Assembly: GCA_963827655.1 (NCBI GenBank)
Contig: CAWHCF010000020.1
Coordinates: 160,001 to 224,000 of the forward strand
Length of the DNA stretch: 64,000 nt
Reading direction: 5' to 3'
DNA from: an uncultured Acidobacteriota bacterium
GTDB lineage: Bacteria > Acidobacteriota > UBA6911
The position numbers were made by a program, and so were the translations under genes. Of the stretch, positions 54,385 to 64,000 are shown in pieces; within the stretch, counting starts at the first letter, position 1; each line of letters begins with the position of its first letter. Below the pieces are notes generated by a model that saw only the letters and a program-made list of their open reading frames with translations, ran no database searches and was not told the DNA's origin.

Positions 54385-55983
54385 TCACGCCACCAGAAGA
54401 GCCATCCGGGCGATCTTGCGCAGGTTTTGTTCGATCTCGTCCGTGAGGATGCGGCGGATCTCATCGTGGTCGCTGATGGGCGCGCCATCGGGGCCGTTCA
54501 AGGGACCGCTTTGTTGGACGAAGGCAAGCAGGTCGTCGCGCAACGCGGCACGATCGCGCGTGCCGTCCAGCAACTGCAGCATCTGTAATCCAATCGGATC
54601 GCGTACTTCAATGCTCGTGTGCAACAAGGTGGTGACCACTGGTCCTTGACCGGCCTGCCAGCGGGCGAGCGGGCTGACCGACGGCCGCTCACCGCCTTCG
54701 AGCACGAAAGCGGGCGCGCGGACGTGAAGCTGTACCAACCCCGAGCGATAGGCCGCGAGCAGGATTTCAGCCGCACCCTGCGCATCATCATCCATGGGAT
54801 CGGTGCCGCCCGCCTGGAGGCCGATCCATGACCGCGCCGAGGCCAGCAGTTCGCTGAAGTGCAGCGAGCGCGGCGAGACCTCACTCAGTCGAAGGAGCGC
54901 AGCCTTCGCGAGCGGATGATCGGTTTGCAGCGTCGCTCCTTTAGGGCCGCGAAACTCTTCCACTACCTTCGCTCGCAGCTCGGGTGACCGTGATACCGGC
55001 TGCGCCACGGATTCCAGATAGAAGGTCGCGAGCCGCTGCGGATTCAAAGAGCGATCGATCCTCAGGCCTTGCCGGCACAGCAGCGTCTGCCGAAAGGTGC
55101 GGCACTTGAGAAAATCAAGATACTGTTCCTTCAAGATCAAATGCTCGGCGCTGAACTGGCCCAGAATGTCCCGCACCTGCGACGGATAGACATGATCTTG
55201 CATTTCAAAGAAGTCGGCTTCTGCCAGATACTGCAGGCCATGTTGAGCCGCGTGTCCGATGAACTGGTAAAAGTAAACGGGCATGTTCGCCGGCTCCAGC
55301 TCGTCGTGGTAGATCTGCTCTCGCCGGCGGTAGTTCGACATGCGCTCCAGTTCCTCCTTGAGCAAAGCGCCATAGAGGTCGGTCTGCGCTTCAGACTCGG
55401 TGGGAAACTTCAACAAGAGAAACTTCAGCAACGCTAGCGCTTGCTGTATGCGCTCCTGGGGCTCAGTGATGTCCCGGATGTGAAACGCCATCATCTCGCG
55501 CACCAGATCGCGCAGGTGATAGCCTGGATAGGTGTTGTAACTGACATACGCGACGCCCTCAGGAGCGAGATGGTCGCGGCAAACTGCCAGCAGACGATCG
55601 CGCACGGCCGGTGGGACCCAGGAATAAACGCCGTGCGCGATGATGTAATCGAATTCGCCAAGAGCGGCATCTACCGCCATGATGTCGCAGCGGCGCAGAT
55701 CGAGGTTTTCGAGTCTCAATCCCGCCGCCGCGGCCTGGCCACGGGCAATCGGACGAGCCGCCAGATCGATGCCGATGAAATGACTCTGGGGGAGCGCGAT
55801 CGCCATCGGCACCAGATTCGCCCCGTCACCGCAACCCAACTCCAGGACGCGGCAATTAGCGACTGGGGCCGGATTCAAGCCGAATAGAGACGCCAGCGTC
55901 GCGAGGCGATCCGGGTGCGTTTGCGGGAACGGGTACCCCGCATACAACACCTCATCGTAGGAGTTCGGCTCTCTGTCCGTCAT
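54385..55983 (-). CDS. Class I SAM methyltransferase with regulatory domain, resembling rickettsial protein-lysine methyltransferases (PKMT)
   Basis: SYDEV, VLELGCGDGANL, FDYIIAHGVYSWVP, AYVSYNTYPG and EQYLDFLKCRTFRQTLLC. Confidence 0.85.
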   Translation of the reverse strand: MTDREPNSYDEVLYAGYPFPQTHPDRLATLASLFGLNPAPVANCRVLELGCGDGANLVPMAIALPQSHFIGIDLAARPIARGQAAAAGLRLENLDLRRCDIMAVDAALGEFDYIIAHGVYSWVPPAVRDRLLAVCRDHLAPEGVAYVSYNTYPGYHLRDLVREMMAFHIRDITEPQERIQQALALLKFLLLKFPTESEAQTDLYGALLKEELERMSNYRRREQIYHDELEPANMPVYFYQFIGHAAQHGLQYLAEADFFEMQDHVYPSQVRDILGQFSAEHLILKEQYLDFLKCRTFRQTLLCRQGLRIDRSLNPQRLATFYLESVAQPVSRSPELRAKVVEEFRGPKGATLQTDHPLAKAALLRLSEVSPRSLHFSELLASARSWIGLQAGGTDPMDDDAQGAAEILLAAYRSGLVQLHVRAPAFVLEGGERPSVSPLARWQAGQGPVVTTLLHTSIEVRDPIGLQMLQLLDGTRDRAALRDDLLAFVQQSGPLNGPDGAPISDHDEIRRILTDEIEQNLRKIARMALLVA

Positions 55984-56098
55984 GCTCCCTCAATTGTCCC
56001 GGTCGTCGCGGCGCAATGCCCCGCCGTTGGACGAAGCAGCCGACGCGTCAGTCGGACAAGGGAACGAAGCCAAGCCCCGCAGAGGCTTGTGTAACCCT

Positions 56099-56588
56099 CT
56101 AGATGACTTGTTCATTTTCACATCCCATCCCACCTTGATCGGCGTGCCAAAGGAGCCATCCGACTTTCGCTCCGTGTACTCATACTCGATCTTGGCGAAG
56201 TTGAGCGAGAATTGATCGGTAGGCAGGATACCACCGGCCTCCGTTCCGCCGGTTGAAAATGAAGAGACCAGCACATCCGTGAGAGTAACTTCCAGGAAAT
56301 TCGTGCTGATCTTTGCTTGCCTTGCGGCATGTACAGAAGGGCCTTCGGGAGGTGCTGGCCGCTTGCGCACGCGAGGAGTAATTTGGGGCTGGCCTTGCTC
56401 ACTTTCGTGACGAAATGAAAATCCTGCATGGAGACTTTGCCGGCGCCACCACCACCGCCGCCGCCGGAAGTTCCCGATTGGGTCTCTCCCCAGGACCAGG
56501 ATTCGAGATCGATCTCGCCCTTGTGCTTCGAGTCCTGGCTTTCCCCTTCGACGCCATCAATTTTCAAGAAATAGTCTATTGCAGCCAT
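56099..56588 (-). CDS. hcp: Hcp (type VI secretion tube protein family), orphan, frameshifted
   Basis: DYFLKIDGVEGESQDSKHKGEID, SWSWG, KASPKLLLACASGQH, SLNFAKIEYEY and GWDVK across ORFs 56118-56825 and 55990-56370; probable true stop at 56099. Confidence 0.88.
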
Positions 56589-56784
56589 GAGTACTCTTCT
56601 CCCTTCGTGATTGTGAGTTGTTTGGAACGAGACTGCACCCGATCTTCGACTGATCTTGTCACGGGAGCGCTGTTGATCGCGCAAAGAAGCTTCGTCCAAA
56701 CTAAGTGGCGTGCATGGCTGTGTCTTGACCGTCGCTTCCTCTCTCAGCAGTCCAATTCTGTGAATTCCCTTACTTTCGGTTGTG

Positions 56785-57420
56785 CTATTCGCCGGCGCCC
56801 TGAAAGCGGTCTCCCTCTTCGGCAAAAAGCACGTTAAAGCTGGTCAGCGTGCCGTAACAACCTGTGATATACGCCTGGAGCTTGACCTTCAAGTCTTCGG
56901 GAATCTCGGCCCCGTTGATCTGTTGCTCCAGTACCCGCAGGCGATTGCGCAGCATCACGATTTTGTGGAAGAAGCTTTCGATCGGCCAGGTTTTTTCTTG
57001 GATGCCGGCTTTGCCGGGCCTGAGAACCAACTGGCCGTTGCGCCATTTCTCGCCCATCGGCACGGCCGTAAGCCCAAGTTCCTCTCGTATGATGCGCCGC
57101 AGGGTCATTTCGAGATCCACGGTCTCACCGCTGTCTTGGATTGGCATAGGAGGAAGTCTCCTTTCCCTCTCGCTAACCAGTTCGTCCGAATGTCCGCCGG
57201 GCTCGCGGGAAATAGTCGAGGACCTGGAAGCTGCGGCCGCAGGTTCGCGCCCGCGATAGTTGTGCTGGCTGCCGCAGTAGTCACAGATCACTCTGAGGAT
57301 GCGTCCTTCGGAATCCGCCGCCACGACGGTATGTTGGCGCGAGTTCTTGCAGACCCGGCACAGGTCTTCCACGGAATCGCCGGCGTTGTACCGGTTTGAA
57401 GTCGCACCCCTCACTTTCAC
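56785..57420 (-). CDS. Hypothetical protein with an N-terminal zinc ribbon and a C-terminal helical domain
   Basis: CRVC and CDYC; FFHKIVMLRNRLRVLEQQIN...YGTLTSFNVLF; RBS ggaga. Confidence 0.75.
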   Translation of the reverse strand: MKVRGATSNRYNAGDSVEDLCRVCKNSRQHTVVAADSEGRILRVICDYCGSQHNYRGREPAAAASRSSTISREPGGHSDELVSERERRLPPMPIQDSGETVDLEMTLRRIIREELGLTAVPMGEKWRNGQLVLRPGKAGIQEKTWPIESFFHKIVMLRNRLRVLEQQINGAEIPEDLKVKLQAYITGCYGTLTSFNVLFAEEGDRFQGAGE

Positions 57421-57928
57421 CTCTCCGAAAACACCTGTTCCCGGCCCGGAATCGGCAATGGAGATTACGACATCGCCGGGCCTTATTAAAAGAACAACCT
57501 GATCGACTCGGGAAAGAAAAACTTATTCGCCGGGTCTTGCTGTTCCACGGGGCTCAAGTTGGCGTCTGAGTATCAGCCCATCAGTCAGCGCAGCCTGAAC
57601 TGCGATGGTACCTATCACAGCAATTTGTCCCGGTGACAAGGTTAACTGGATTCTCTGGCAAATTGGCCATCTCATCGGTCGGCAGATTATGAGTTTTATA
57701 AAGCATCAGTTTAGATTTCTCAAGCCTCAACAATCGAGCAAGTCTACCGTAGTTTGCCCTCCGCCTTTTAAACCGTGCAAAGTCGAAGGTGTGAGTCGAA
57801 AGAGAAAGCACTACTTTCCCTCAGCACTTTTAACTTTTCACTTCTTGTGGGGAGGAGCGGGTAAACTAGAGGAGGCAGGCGGAGACCATGGCCAAATCAG
57901 ACACGAGAGCGAAATGAAGGAGTAATCG

Positions 57929-58819
57929 ATGCCACCAACCAGCAAAGAAAAATCAACCAAGAAGCTGCGCTGCATCCAGCGCAGCGCCGACCGTCACTGG
58001 GTCGGCAACGGATTCCCCGTTCGGACACTCTTTGCCTACCCGAACCTCGGGTCAGCGCTCAGCCCGTTCCTGCTCTTCGATTATGCCGGCCCGAGGGAAT
58101 TCCCGCCGACGGACGAGCGGCTCGGCGTCGGCGAGCATCCGCATCGCGGCTTCGAGACGGTGACCATCGTCTACGAGGGCGAAGTGGAACACAGGGATTC
58201 CTCTGGCGGCGGCGGGCGCATTGGCCCCGGCGACGTGCAGTGGATGACTGCCGCATCAGGCATCGTCCATGAAGAGTTTCATGGCCGCGATTTCGCCCGG
58301 CGCGGCGGCATGTTTGAAATGGTACAGCTTTGGGTCAATTTACCCTCAAAGGACAAGATGGCGCCGCCGCGTTATCAGAGCATCCTGAAAAGCCAGATTC
58401 CTGCAATAAGCATGGCGGATGGACAGGGAACGGTGCGCGTGATCGCAGGCGAGTTTGCTGGGGCCAAAGGCCCAGCCCGGACTTTCACGCCGATTCACGT
58501 CTGGGATTTCCGCCTTGCGAGTGACCAGCGTACAGACCTTAACGTGCCCGATGGCTACACGACGGCGCTTGTGGTACTCAAAGGAGCGCTGCGAGTGAAT
58601 GGCTCCGAGGCAATCGAGGCGGCGGAGGTCGGACTGTTCGACCGCGCGGGGCAGAGTATCCGCATCGAATCCGTGAAGGACACGACTGCGTTGATGCTTT
58701 GCGGCGAGCCGATTGATGAACCCATCGTCGGACAGGGCCCCTTTGTCATGAACACTGCCCAGGAGATTCGCCAGGCGATGACGGATTATATGAGCGGCAA
58801 GATGGGTCACTTGTCGTGA
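57929..58819 (+). CDS. Pirin family protein
   Basis: PFLLFDY, HPHRGFETVT, WMTAASGIVHEE, QLWVNLP and GPFVMN. Confidence 0.95.
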   Translation: MPPTSKEKSTKKLRCIQRSADRHWVGNGFPVRTLFAYPNLGSALSPFLLFDYAGPREFPPTDERLGVGEHPHRGFETVTIVYEGEVEHRDSSGGGGRIGPGDVQWMTAASGIVHEEFHGRDFARRGGMFEMVQLWVNLPSKDKMAPPRYQSILKSQIPAISMADGQGTVRVIAGEFAGAKGPARTFTPIHVWDFRLASDQRTDLNVPDGYTTALVVLKGALRVNGSEAIEAAEVGLFDRAGQSIRIESVKDTTALMLCGEPIDEPIVGQGPFVMNTAQEIRQAMTDYMSGKMGHLS

Positions 58820-58885
58820 GCGCTAACCAGCAAAGGGACTGCGCCCTTGATATCCGCCAAAAGCGGCGGGATATGGAAGCGGCCC

Positions 58886-59301
58886 TTACCTGCGCGTGAG
58901 CCGCATGAACCGAAGCGGACCCAGGTCGTTTGTGAATCCCCACTTTTCGTAGAAGCGGACCAGCCCGGGCAGACAGTACAACTCGAAATGGCTAACCGAT
59001 TCGAGGCTCGGGTGCGAGACGATCCGGTCGATCAAGCGCGGCCGAGCTGCCGGCCACGATACGCAGGATCGACGATGACATCGAGGATCAGGGCCTTGTA
59101 GAGATAGTCGGTCAGCACCCGCGCGAAGGCGACAAGCCGCTGCGACGGTGGGGCGCAGAAGCCCACAACGACGTCGGAGTGTTGCAGCATTCGACGCGTT
59201 TCGGCGAGTGTGCGCCCCCTGGTCCACCACTCGGACTGATAGAAGCGATGCAGATCCTCGGTTTGCGCGTCATTCAGCGCTTCGATCGGGTCAAACTCCA
59301 T
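58886..59301 (-). CDS. GNAT N-acetyltransferase (frameshift near 59040)
   Basis: VAFARVLTD, DVIVDPAYRGRQLG and FYEKWGF; RBS aggaga. Confidence 0.85.
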
Positions 59302-59360
59302 GGATATCTCCTGGACATTGGACACGCCGTCATGGGCGAACCAGACAGTCGGCGCCCGTC

Positions 59361-62261
59361 TCAGCGAGCGCTGACCCAGATAGGCGACGACCAGGCCAGC
59401 TGTCCGTCGCGCTGCTCGACCCGCACGTAGTAGAAGCTCGCCTGCTTCGCGGGCGGATTGTCCTGGTCCTGGTAGACGAAACTCGCCTCGGCCGAGTCGA
59501 ACTCGCGCGTGAAGACTGCTTCGTTGTTGCGGATCACCGTGATCCGGGCCAGCGGTGAAGTCCCGAGCGCCTTCACTGCCAGGCGCAGCGGCTCTCTGGT
59601 CGTGAACTCCTCGCCCATCCAGTGGTTGCCGGCCCGCACGTCGAGCAGGATGTTGTCGGTCGCGCCGTAGGTACGGCGCCGGCGGATGGCCTCGAGAATG
59701 CCGGCGCGGTCCATCGACTCGGTGTAGACCATGGCGTAGGAATAGTGCACCGAGGTGTGATCCGAGCTCGCGATGATGCCCAGCCGGTAACCTTTGTTCC
59801 AGGCGTTGGCCACAAAGCCGTCGGGCATGTAGCCCATGTGCGGCGGAGCGAGGTTGGCCTTGTCGCGCTCGGGATCGGGGGATTTCGGGGCGCCGGCGGC
59901 CTCGTAATTGTTCCGGCATCCCTGGAAGATCTCCACTACCGGCTCGAGTGCGGGATCGTTGTCGCGCCAGTCGGTTCCCATGCGGGTGCCTGAGGTGTGT
60001 GAGATCGCGATGCCGCCCGAGTTACGCAGGGTGTCGTAGAGGAGCCGCGTGTCGTTGCCGAGCAGGAAGTCGCTGTTGCCGCTGACGGGAGGGCGCAGGC
60101 CGCGCAGCGTCGGCCGCGTGAAGAAGTCGACCACCGGCACGCCGCGCCGGTCATGGATGATGTTGCGGTGCCCATTCGGGTAGTTGACGCTGCGCTCGTA
60201 GCCGAACAGCGAGGTGTAGGCGCCCGCCCAGTGGAACAGGTCCGTGCTCTTCTGGGTGTACCAGTACCAGTAGTCGTTGCCGCCCCCCATCTGGTGGTCC
60301 GTGACGGCCCCGAAATCCATGGCTGCGCCGTCGATCATGTAACGATAGAAATCCAGGAGGCTGCCGTCGGGGCTGCCGCCCAGGTCCTGAGACAGCTCGG
60401 TATGGCGGTGCAAGTCACCGCGCGCGATCCGGTAGGTTCGTCCGCCGAGCGTCGCCCTGTAATCGCGCAGCCGGCGCACGTCGGCTTCTTCGGCAGGGTG
60501 CACGGGGGTCGCGACGTTGTCGGCCGCGCGCGCCGGCGTGAGGCGCGGGTCACCTGCGCCCGAGTCGAGCGTCACCTCGCCGGCGAAGACATGATTCGCG
60601 CCCGGACGCGTGATAGCGCCGTACCGGCGCCCGTCACCATTCCAGGCGAGCCAGACTCCGCTCCTGGAGGCGGCCAGCGCGGGAAAGGAGCTGATGCGCC
60701 CGGCGCTTTCGGGCATGAGCAGCGCGGGCAGCCAGCGCCCGTCCTGGTAACAGGTCGCGTGCGCCGTCCAGTAATACCGGCCGGCGATTCCCTGGCCGAC
60801 CCCGGCCTGGTTCATGTGCCGGAACGTCAGCCACGGCCGCCCCTGTCCATCGATCGCAAGCTCCGGATAGCGCAGGAAACGGCGGTCCCGTTCACCCAGC
60901 GCGGTCACTGGATCCTCGGCCGGGACCTGGAGGTTGCCGGACGGATCGAGCAGGGCGACCCGGATCAGGGCGCTCTCGCCCACAGCGGCGCCGGGCCCGA
61001 AGTTGGGGAGGGTGTAGCCGCGGTCCTTGCCCCAGTTCAAAGGGCCTTCCTCCCAGGCGAGCCAGACGCGATCTCGACTGTCGACCGCAATCGAAGGATA
61101 CGCTTCGTAGCGCGCCGACGATGCCACGGAGGCGGCGGCATCCTGGCCGCCGTCGGGACGGAGGGTCCGCCGGTAAACGTCGTAGCTGCCGTTCCGGTAG
61201 GTGTCCCAGGCAATGTGCGCTCGCCCGGTGGACTCGATTGCGATCGCAGGATTCCAGTGATTGCCCGGTGGCTCGCTGACGCGGGCCTCGCCGGTCCAGC
61301 CGTCGGCCTGCGGATCGCGGCCGATCGAGAAGATGTGCGAGACGCCGCTGCGGACTCCCTGCCACGCCGCCCGGAGGCGTCCCTGGGGACCGCGCGCCAG
61401 CCGCACGTTGAAGTCGACCCCGGGATCGGTCGTGAGACGCAGTGGGGCCAGCCATGCGTCGCCGCGGAGCGCCGCCCCGTACAGGTCCCAGTTTCCCCCT
61501 GCCTGTTGTGACCAGACCACCCATACGGTGCCATCCCCCTCGATCCCAAGGCGCGGGCGCCAGACGTCACCCGACACTCCCGGAACCGGAGTGTAGACGT
61601 GCCAGATTCCCTGCTGGAACCGGGACAGGTGCAGCTCATCCCTGCCGCCGGCATACGAGGTCCAGACGGCCCACACGTTCCCGTCCGGAGCGACCGCAAT
61701 ATCCGGGAAATCGTTCTCGCGCAGCTCGCGGGAGATGCGCACGGCGTTGGGCAGCCGCAGGATGCGCACCGCTCCGTCCAGGCGTTCGAGCGGCGCGGTC
61801 CACTTGAGATCGGCAAGTTGGAAGCCGAACGAACCCTGACGAGTCCTGAGCACGAGCATCGCGCCCGGCCTCCCTCGTCCCGCGACCAGGATGCCGCCTG
61901 TTTCAGGCCGGCCCGCCGGATACGGGACCCAGTGCAGCGCTTCGCCGGCGAGTGTCCCGACCTTCTCGCGCGCGCTGCGGTAGGCCCAGGACGTACGGGA
62001 GATCACTTCGTCGCTGCCAAAGAACTTCCATCCGTCCAGGCTGGTGACCTGACCGTCGGCTATCGTCAACTCGCCACTCCAGTCCCGTTCCTCGGTATCC
62101 CTGGTCCCCAGGAGCACGAGCAGCGCAAATCCGTCGTCCGGCGCGGGCGTGGCTGGAGGAGTCTGGGCGGAGCCGTGAAACTTCGTCGCAATGGCAGCCA
62201 GTGTGACGGAGAAAGCCAAGAGGAACAGGACGCCGCGAGCGGTCGTGAGTGGAAGGGTCAT
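59361..62261 (-). CDS. Large secreted protein: beta-rich repeats plus PHP-like (DUF3604/CehA-like) metallohydrolase domain
   Basis: Signal peptide; repeated P.IA.D..G..W.AW units; GDLHRHT, TDH, ISHT and SSDH. Confidence 0.75.
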   Translation of the reverse strand: MTLPLTTARGVLFLLAFSVTLAAIATKFHGSAQTPPATPAPDDGFALLVLLGTRDTEERDWSGELTIADGQVTSLDGWKFFGSDEVISRTSWAYRSAREKVGTLAGEALHWVPYPAGRPETGGILVAGRGRPGAMLVLRTRQGSFGFQLADLKWTAPLERLDGAVRILRLPNAVRISRELRENDFPDIAVAPDGNVWAVWTSYAGGRDELHLSRFQQGIWHVYTPVPGVSGDVWRPRLGIEGDGTVWVVWSQQAGGNWDLYGAALRGDAWLAPLRLTTDPGVDFNVRLARGPQGRLRAAWQGVRSGVSHIFSIGRDPQADGWTGEARVSEPPGNHWNPAIAIESTGRAHIAWDTYRNGSYDVYRRTLRPDGGQDAAASVASSARYEAYPSIAVDSRDRVWLAWEEGPLNWGKDRGYTLPNFGPGAAVGESALIRVALLDPSGNLQVPAEDPVTALGERDRRFLRYPELAIDGQGRPWLTFRHMNQAGVGQGIAGRYYWTAHATCYQDGRWLPALLMPESAGRISSFPALAASRSGVWLAWNGDGRRYGAITRPGANHVFAGEVTLDSGAGDPRLTPARAADNVATPVHPAEEADVRRLRDYRATLGGRTYRIARGDLHRHTELSQDLGGSPDGSLLDFYRYMIDGAAMDFGAVTDHQMGGGNDYWYWYTQKSTDLFHWAGAYTSLFGYERSVNYPNGHRNIIHDRRGVPVVDFFTRPTLRGLRPPVSGNSDFLLGNDTRLLYDTLRNSGGIAISHTSGTRMGTDWRDNDPALEPVVEIFQGCRNNYEAAGAPKSPDPERDKANLAPPHMGYMPDGFVANAWNKGYRLGIIASSDHTSVHYSYAMVYTESMDRAGILEAIRRRRTYGATDNILLDVRAGNHWMGEEFTTREPLRLAVKALGTSPLARITVIRNNEAVFTREFDSAEASFVYQDQDNPPAKQASFYYVRVEQRDGQLAWSSPIWVSAR

Positions 62262-62265
62262 ATCG

Positions 62266-63355
62266 TCACCTCTTTCCCGCGAGGCGCCAGAACTGCGTCT
62301 CGTTGAGCAGCGTGATTCTGTGCCCCTTCTCGCGCAGCCGCTTCATTTCCATCAGCTTCAGGCCCGCATCCCGGCCGGCGGCCTGCTGCGGATTGGGCCG
62401 CCCGCGAACGACGACAGTCGTCCGCGCCGAGGGCATCTTGTGAACGATCGCTCCCGCGCGCCGGGCAGCCAGGACCGCCTCGCGGCGGCGCTTGCTCAGG
62501 ATGCCCGTGAACACGAGATGTACTCCCTTCAGCGTCCGCGGAACCCGGACATTGAGCGAAGCGGGCGGGTTAGAAAGGGCCTCGATCATCTCGTCCGCGG
62601 TCTCGTACCGCTTGCGCCGCTCGCCGATGCAGCGGTAGACGATCTCCTTCAGGTGATCGCTGCAAGGGAGAAGGCGGACCTCCCGGGTGCGAATCCGAGC
62701 CCGCGCGTCGCCCTTGACCAGCATTCCCAGCAACTGGCCCACCTGGTACACATCGTCGCGCGCCTGCCACTTCGCGGTGTCTCGCGCTCGAATCTCGCTG
62801 GGCGCCATGAACGGGTTCAGGGTGCGCGCGGTGATCCCGCGGCGGTCGCTCTGGTGCCGGACGATCCCGAAATCCCCGAGCTTCAGGCGCCGGCCATCGC
62901 ATACGAACACGTTCATCGGCGTGAGGTCGCGGTGGAGCATGCGGCCGCGGTGCAGCTTTCCGAGCACCCCGAGGATTGCCGCGATCTCGCGCCGCGCGCT
63001 GGTTTCAGGCCACCCCTTGTCGGCCGTGGTTCAGGAACGCACTGAGGTCGCCATGACGCGCGTACTCGAGCGCGAGACAGTACAGAAGCCGCCCCTCCGG
63101 CAGCGCCAGCGGAAACTTGTCGAAGACCTGGATCGCCCTCGGATGCCCGTCCAGCAATTGCCCGAAGTAGGCCTCCCGCAACCACCCATCGATCCGCGCG
63201 CTGACCTTGATGCAGAGGATCTTCGGGACGAGGAGTGAGCGCCCAAGGCGCGTTGCGAGAAAAACCTGGCCGAACCCGCCCTCGCCGAGCAGCCGCTCGA
63301 TACAGTACCGGAGCCGTGTCTCAGGGCTGGTGATGACCTGTCCCGGCGCCAACAT
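62266..63355 (-). CDS. Ser/Thr protein kinase fused to a C-terminal BRCT domain (frameshift near 63010)
   Basis: LGEGGFGQV, CIK, HRDLTPMN, DFG and DVYQVG; then LKGVHLVFTGIL...GAIV...TTVVVRG...LLNETQFW. Confidence 0.82.
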
Positions 63356-63472
63356 GTGTTCCGCCCGGTCTGGCGTGGACGGAACTCGTGCTGCGCGTAG
63401 TGGCGGCGGATGCGTGTTTCACCATACCGTGAGCAAGTGTCTCCCCTGCGACAGCTGATAATGGTATGAGCC

Positions 63473-64000
63473 TCAGTTTGCCTGGCCGGTCGTGGTCGAG
63501 ACCGGGGGCCGCGGCTTGTGATAGTTCGGATACGGCGGCCGCCGCGTCGGTTTCGGCGGGTTCTTCTCCAGCTCCGCGAGCAGCCAGGCGACGGCCTTCT
63601 CGAGCTGCGGGTCGTGACCCTCGCGCCACGCCTTCGGATCGAACTCGATCTCGACATCGGGCGCCACGCCGTGGTTTTCGACCTCCCACTTGCCCTCGGG
63701 AGTGTAGAAGGCGAAGTGAGGCGCGGTAACCGAACCGCCGTCGATCAGCTGCGGATAGCCGCCGATCCCGACCAGTCCGCCCCAGGTACGCTTGCCCATC
63801 AGCGGGCCTATCCCGGCCCGCCGAAACATCCATGGCATGTAATCTCCACCCGACCCGGAGTACTCGTTGACGAGCATCGTCTTCGGACCGGCCATCGTGC
63901 CGAAAGGCTGGCGGAAGTCGTCGCCGTCACGCACCGCCCAGTAACTCATCAGCGGTTTCTTGAGGTAGTCGATGATGTAATCGGCCGCCTGTCCGCCGCT
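63473..64000 (-). CDS. Tricorn-type S41 protease, C-terminal part
   Basis: NEYSGSGGD, GKRTWGGLVG, ENHGVAPD and DPQLEKAV. Confidence 0.92.
   Translation of the reverse strand, partial: SGGQAADYIIDYLKKPLMSYWAVRDGDDFRQPFGTMAGPKTMLVNEYSGSGGDYMPWMFRRAGIGPLMGKRTWGGLVGIGGYPQLIDGGSVTAPHFAFYTPEGKWEVENHGVAPDVEIEFDPKAWREGHDPQLEKAVAWLLAELEKNPPKPTRRPPYPNYHKPRPPVSTTTGQAN

Noticed and set aside
55990-56825. Complete type VI secretion locus
   Set aside because: Only hcp is present; no sheath, baseplate, VgrG or membrane complex genes lie in the window.
57430-57925. Possible gene or ncRNA between the zinc-ribbon gene and pirin (likewise 42470-42930)
   Set aside because: Short ORFs lack family motifs and no RNA structure could be supported by eye.

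Overview
High-GC bacterial chromosomal window, most consistent with Acidobacteriota. This is inferred from the Oar-like TonB-dependent receptors with N-terminal carboxypeptidase-regulatory domains, the TPR plus CRTAC1/ASPIC pair, and the BlaI plus M56-TonB fusion. Many otherwise intact genes carry single-base frameshifts (ccmF, addA, addB, hcp, GNAT, kinase, all four receptors), which points to an error-prone long-read consensus rather than true pseudogenes. 1-19.9 kb: two different TonB-dependent receptor genes, each present as a tandem pair of slightly diverged alleles, converge on a 4.6 kb AT-richer mosaic of stress genes and gene fragments. 20-26 kb: Phd-RelE/ParE toxin-antitoxin, TPR, CRTAC1, cytosine deaminase and a secreted C-N hydrolase. 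26-33.6 kb: cytochrome c maturation operon with a Cys-type CcmE. 33.6-45 kb: hydrolases, Uma2, an HEXXH lipoprotein, a bicupin, SDR plus GH88, a nucleoside hydrolase and BlaI/M56-TonB. 45-52 kb: AddAB-like helicase-nuclease. 52-64 kb: MscS, GDPD, a rickettsial PKMT-type methyltransferase behind an orphan Hcp, pirin, GNAT, a secreted PHP-domain protein, a kinase-BRCT fusion and the end of a tricorn-type protease. Many gene boundaries carry one of several repeat families (8-nt-period REP-like arms, inverted 7-mer arrays, two MITE families). No rRNA, tRNA or CRISPR array was seen. All protein family calls come from motif recognition, not database searches.
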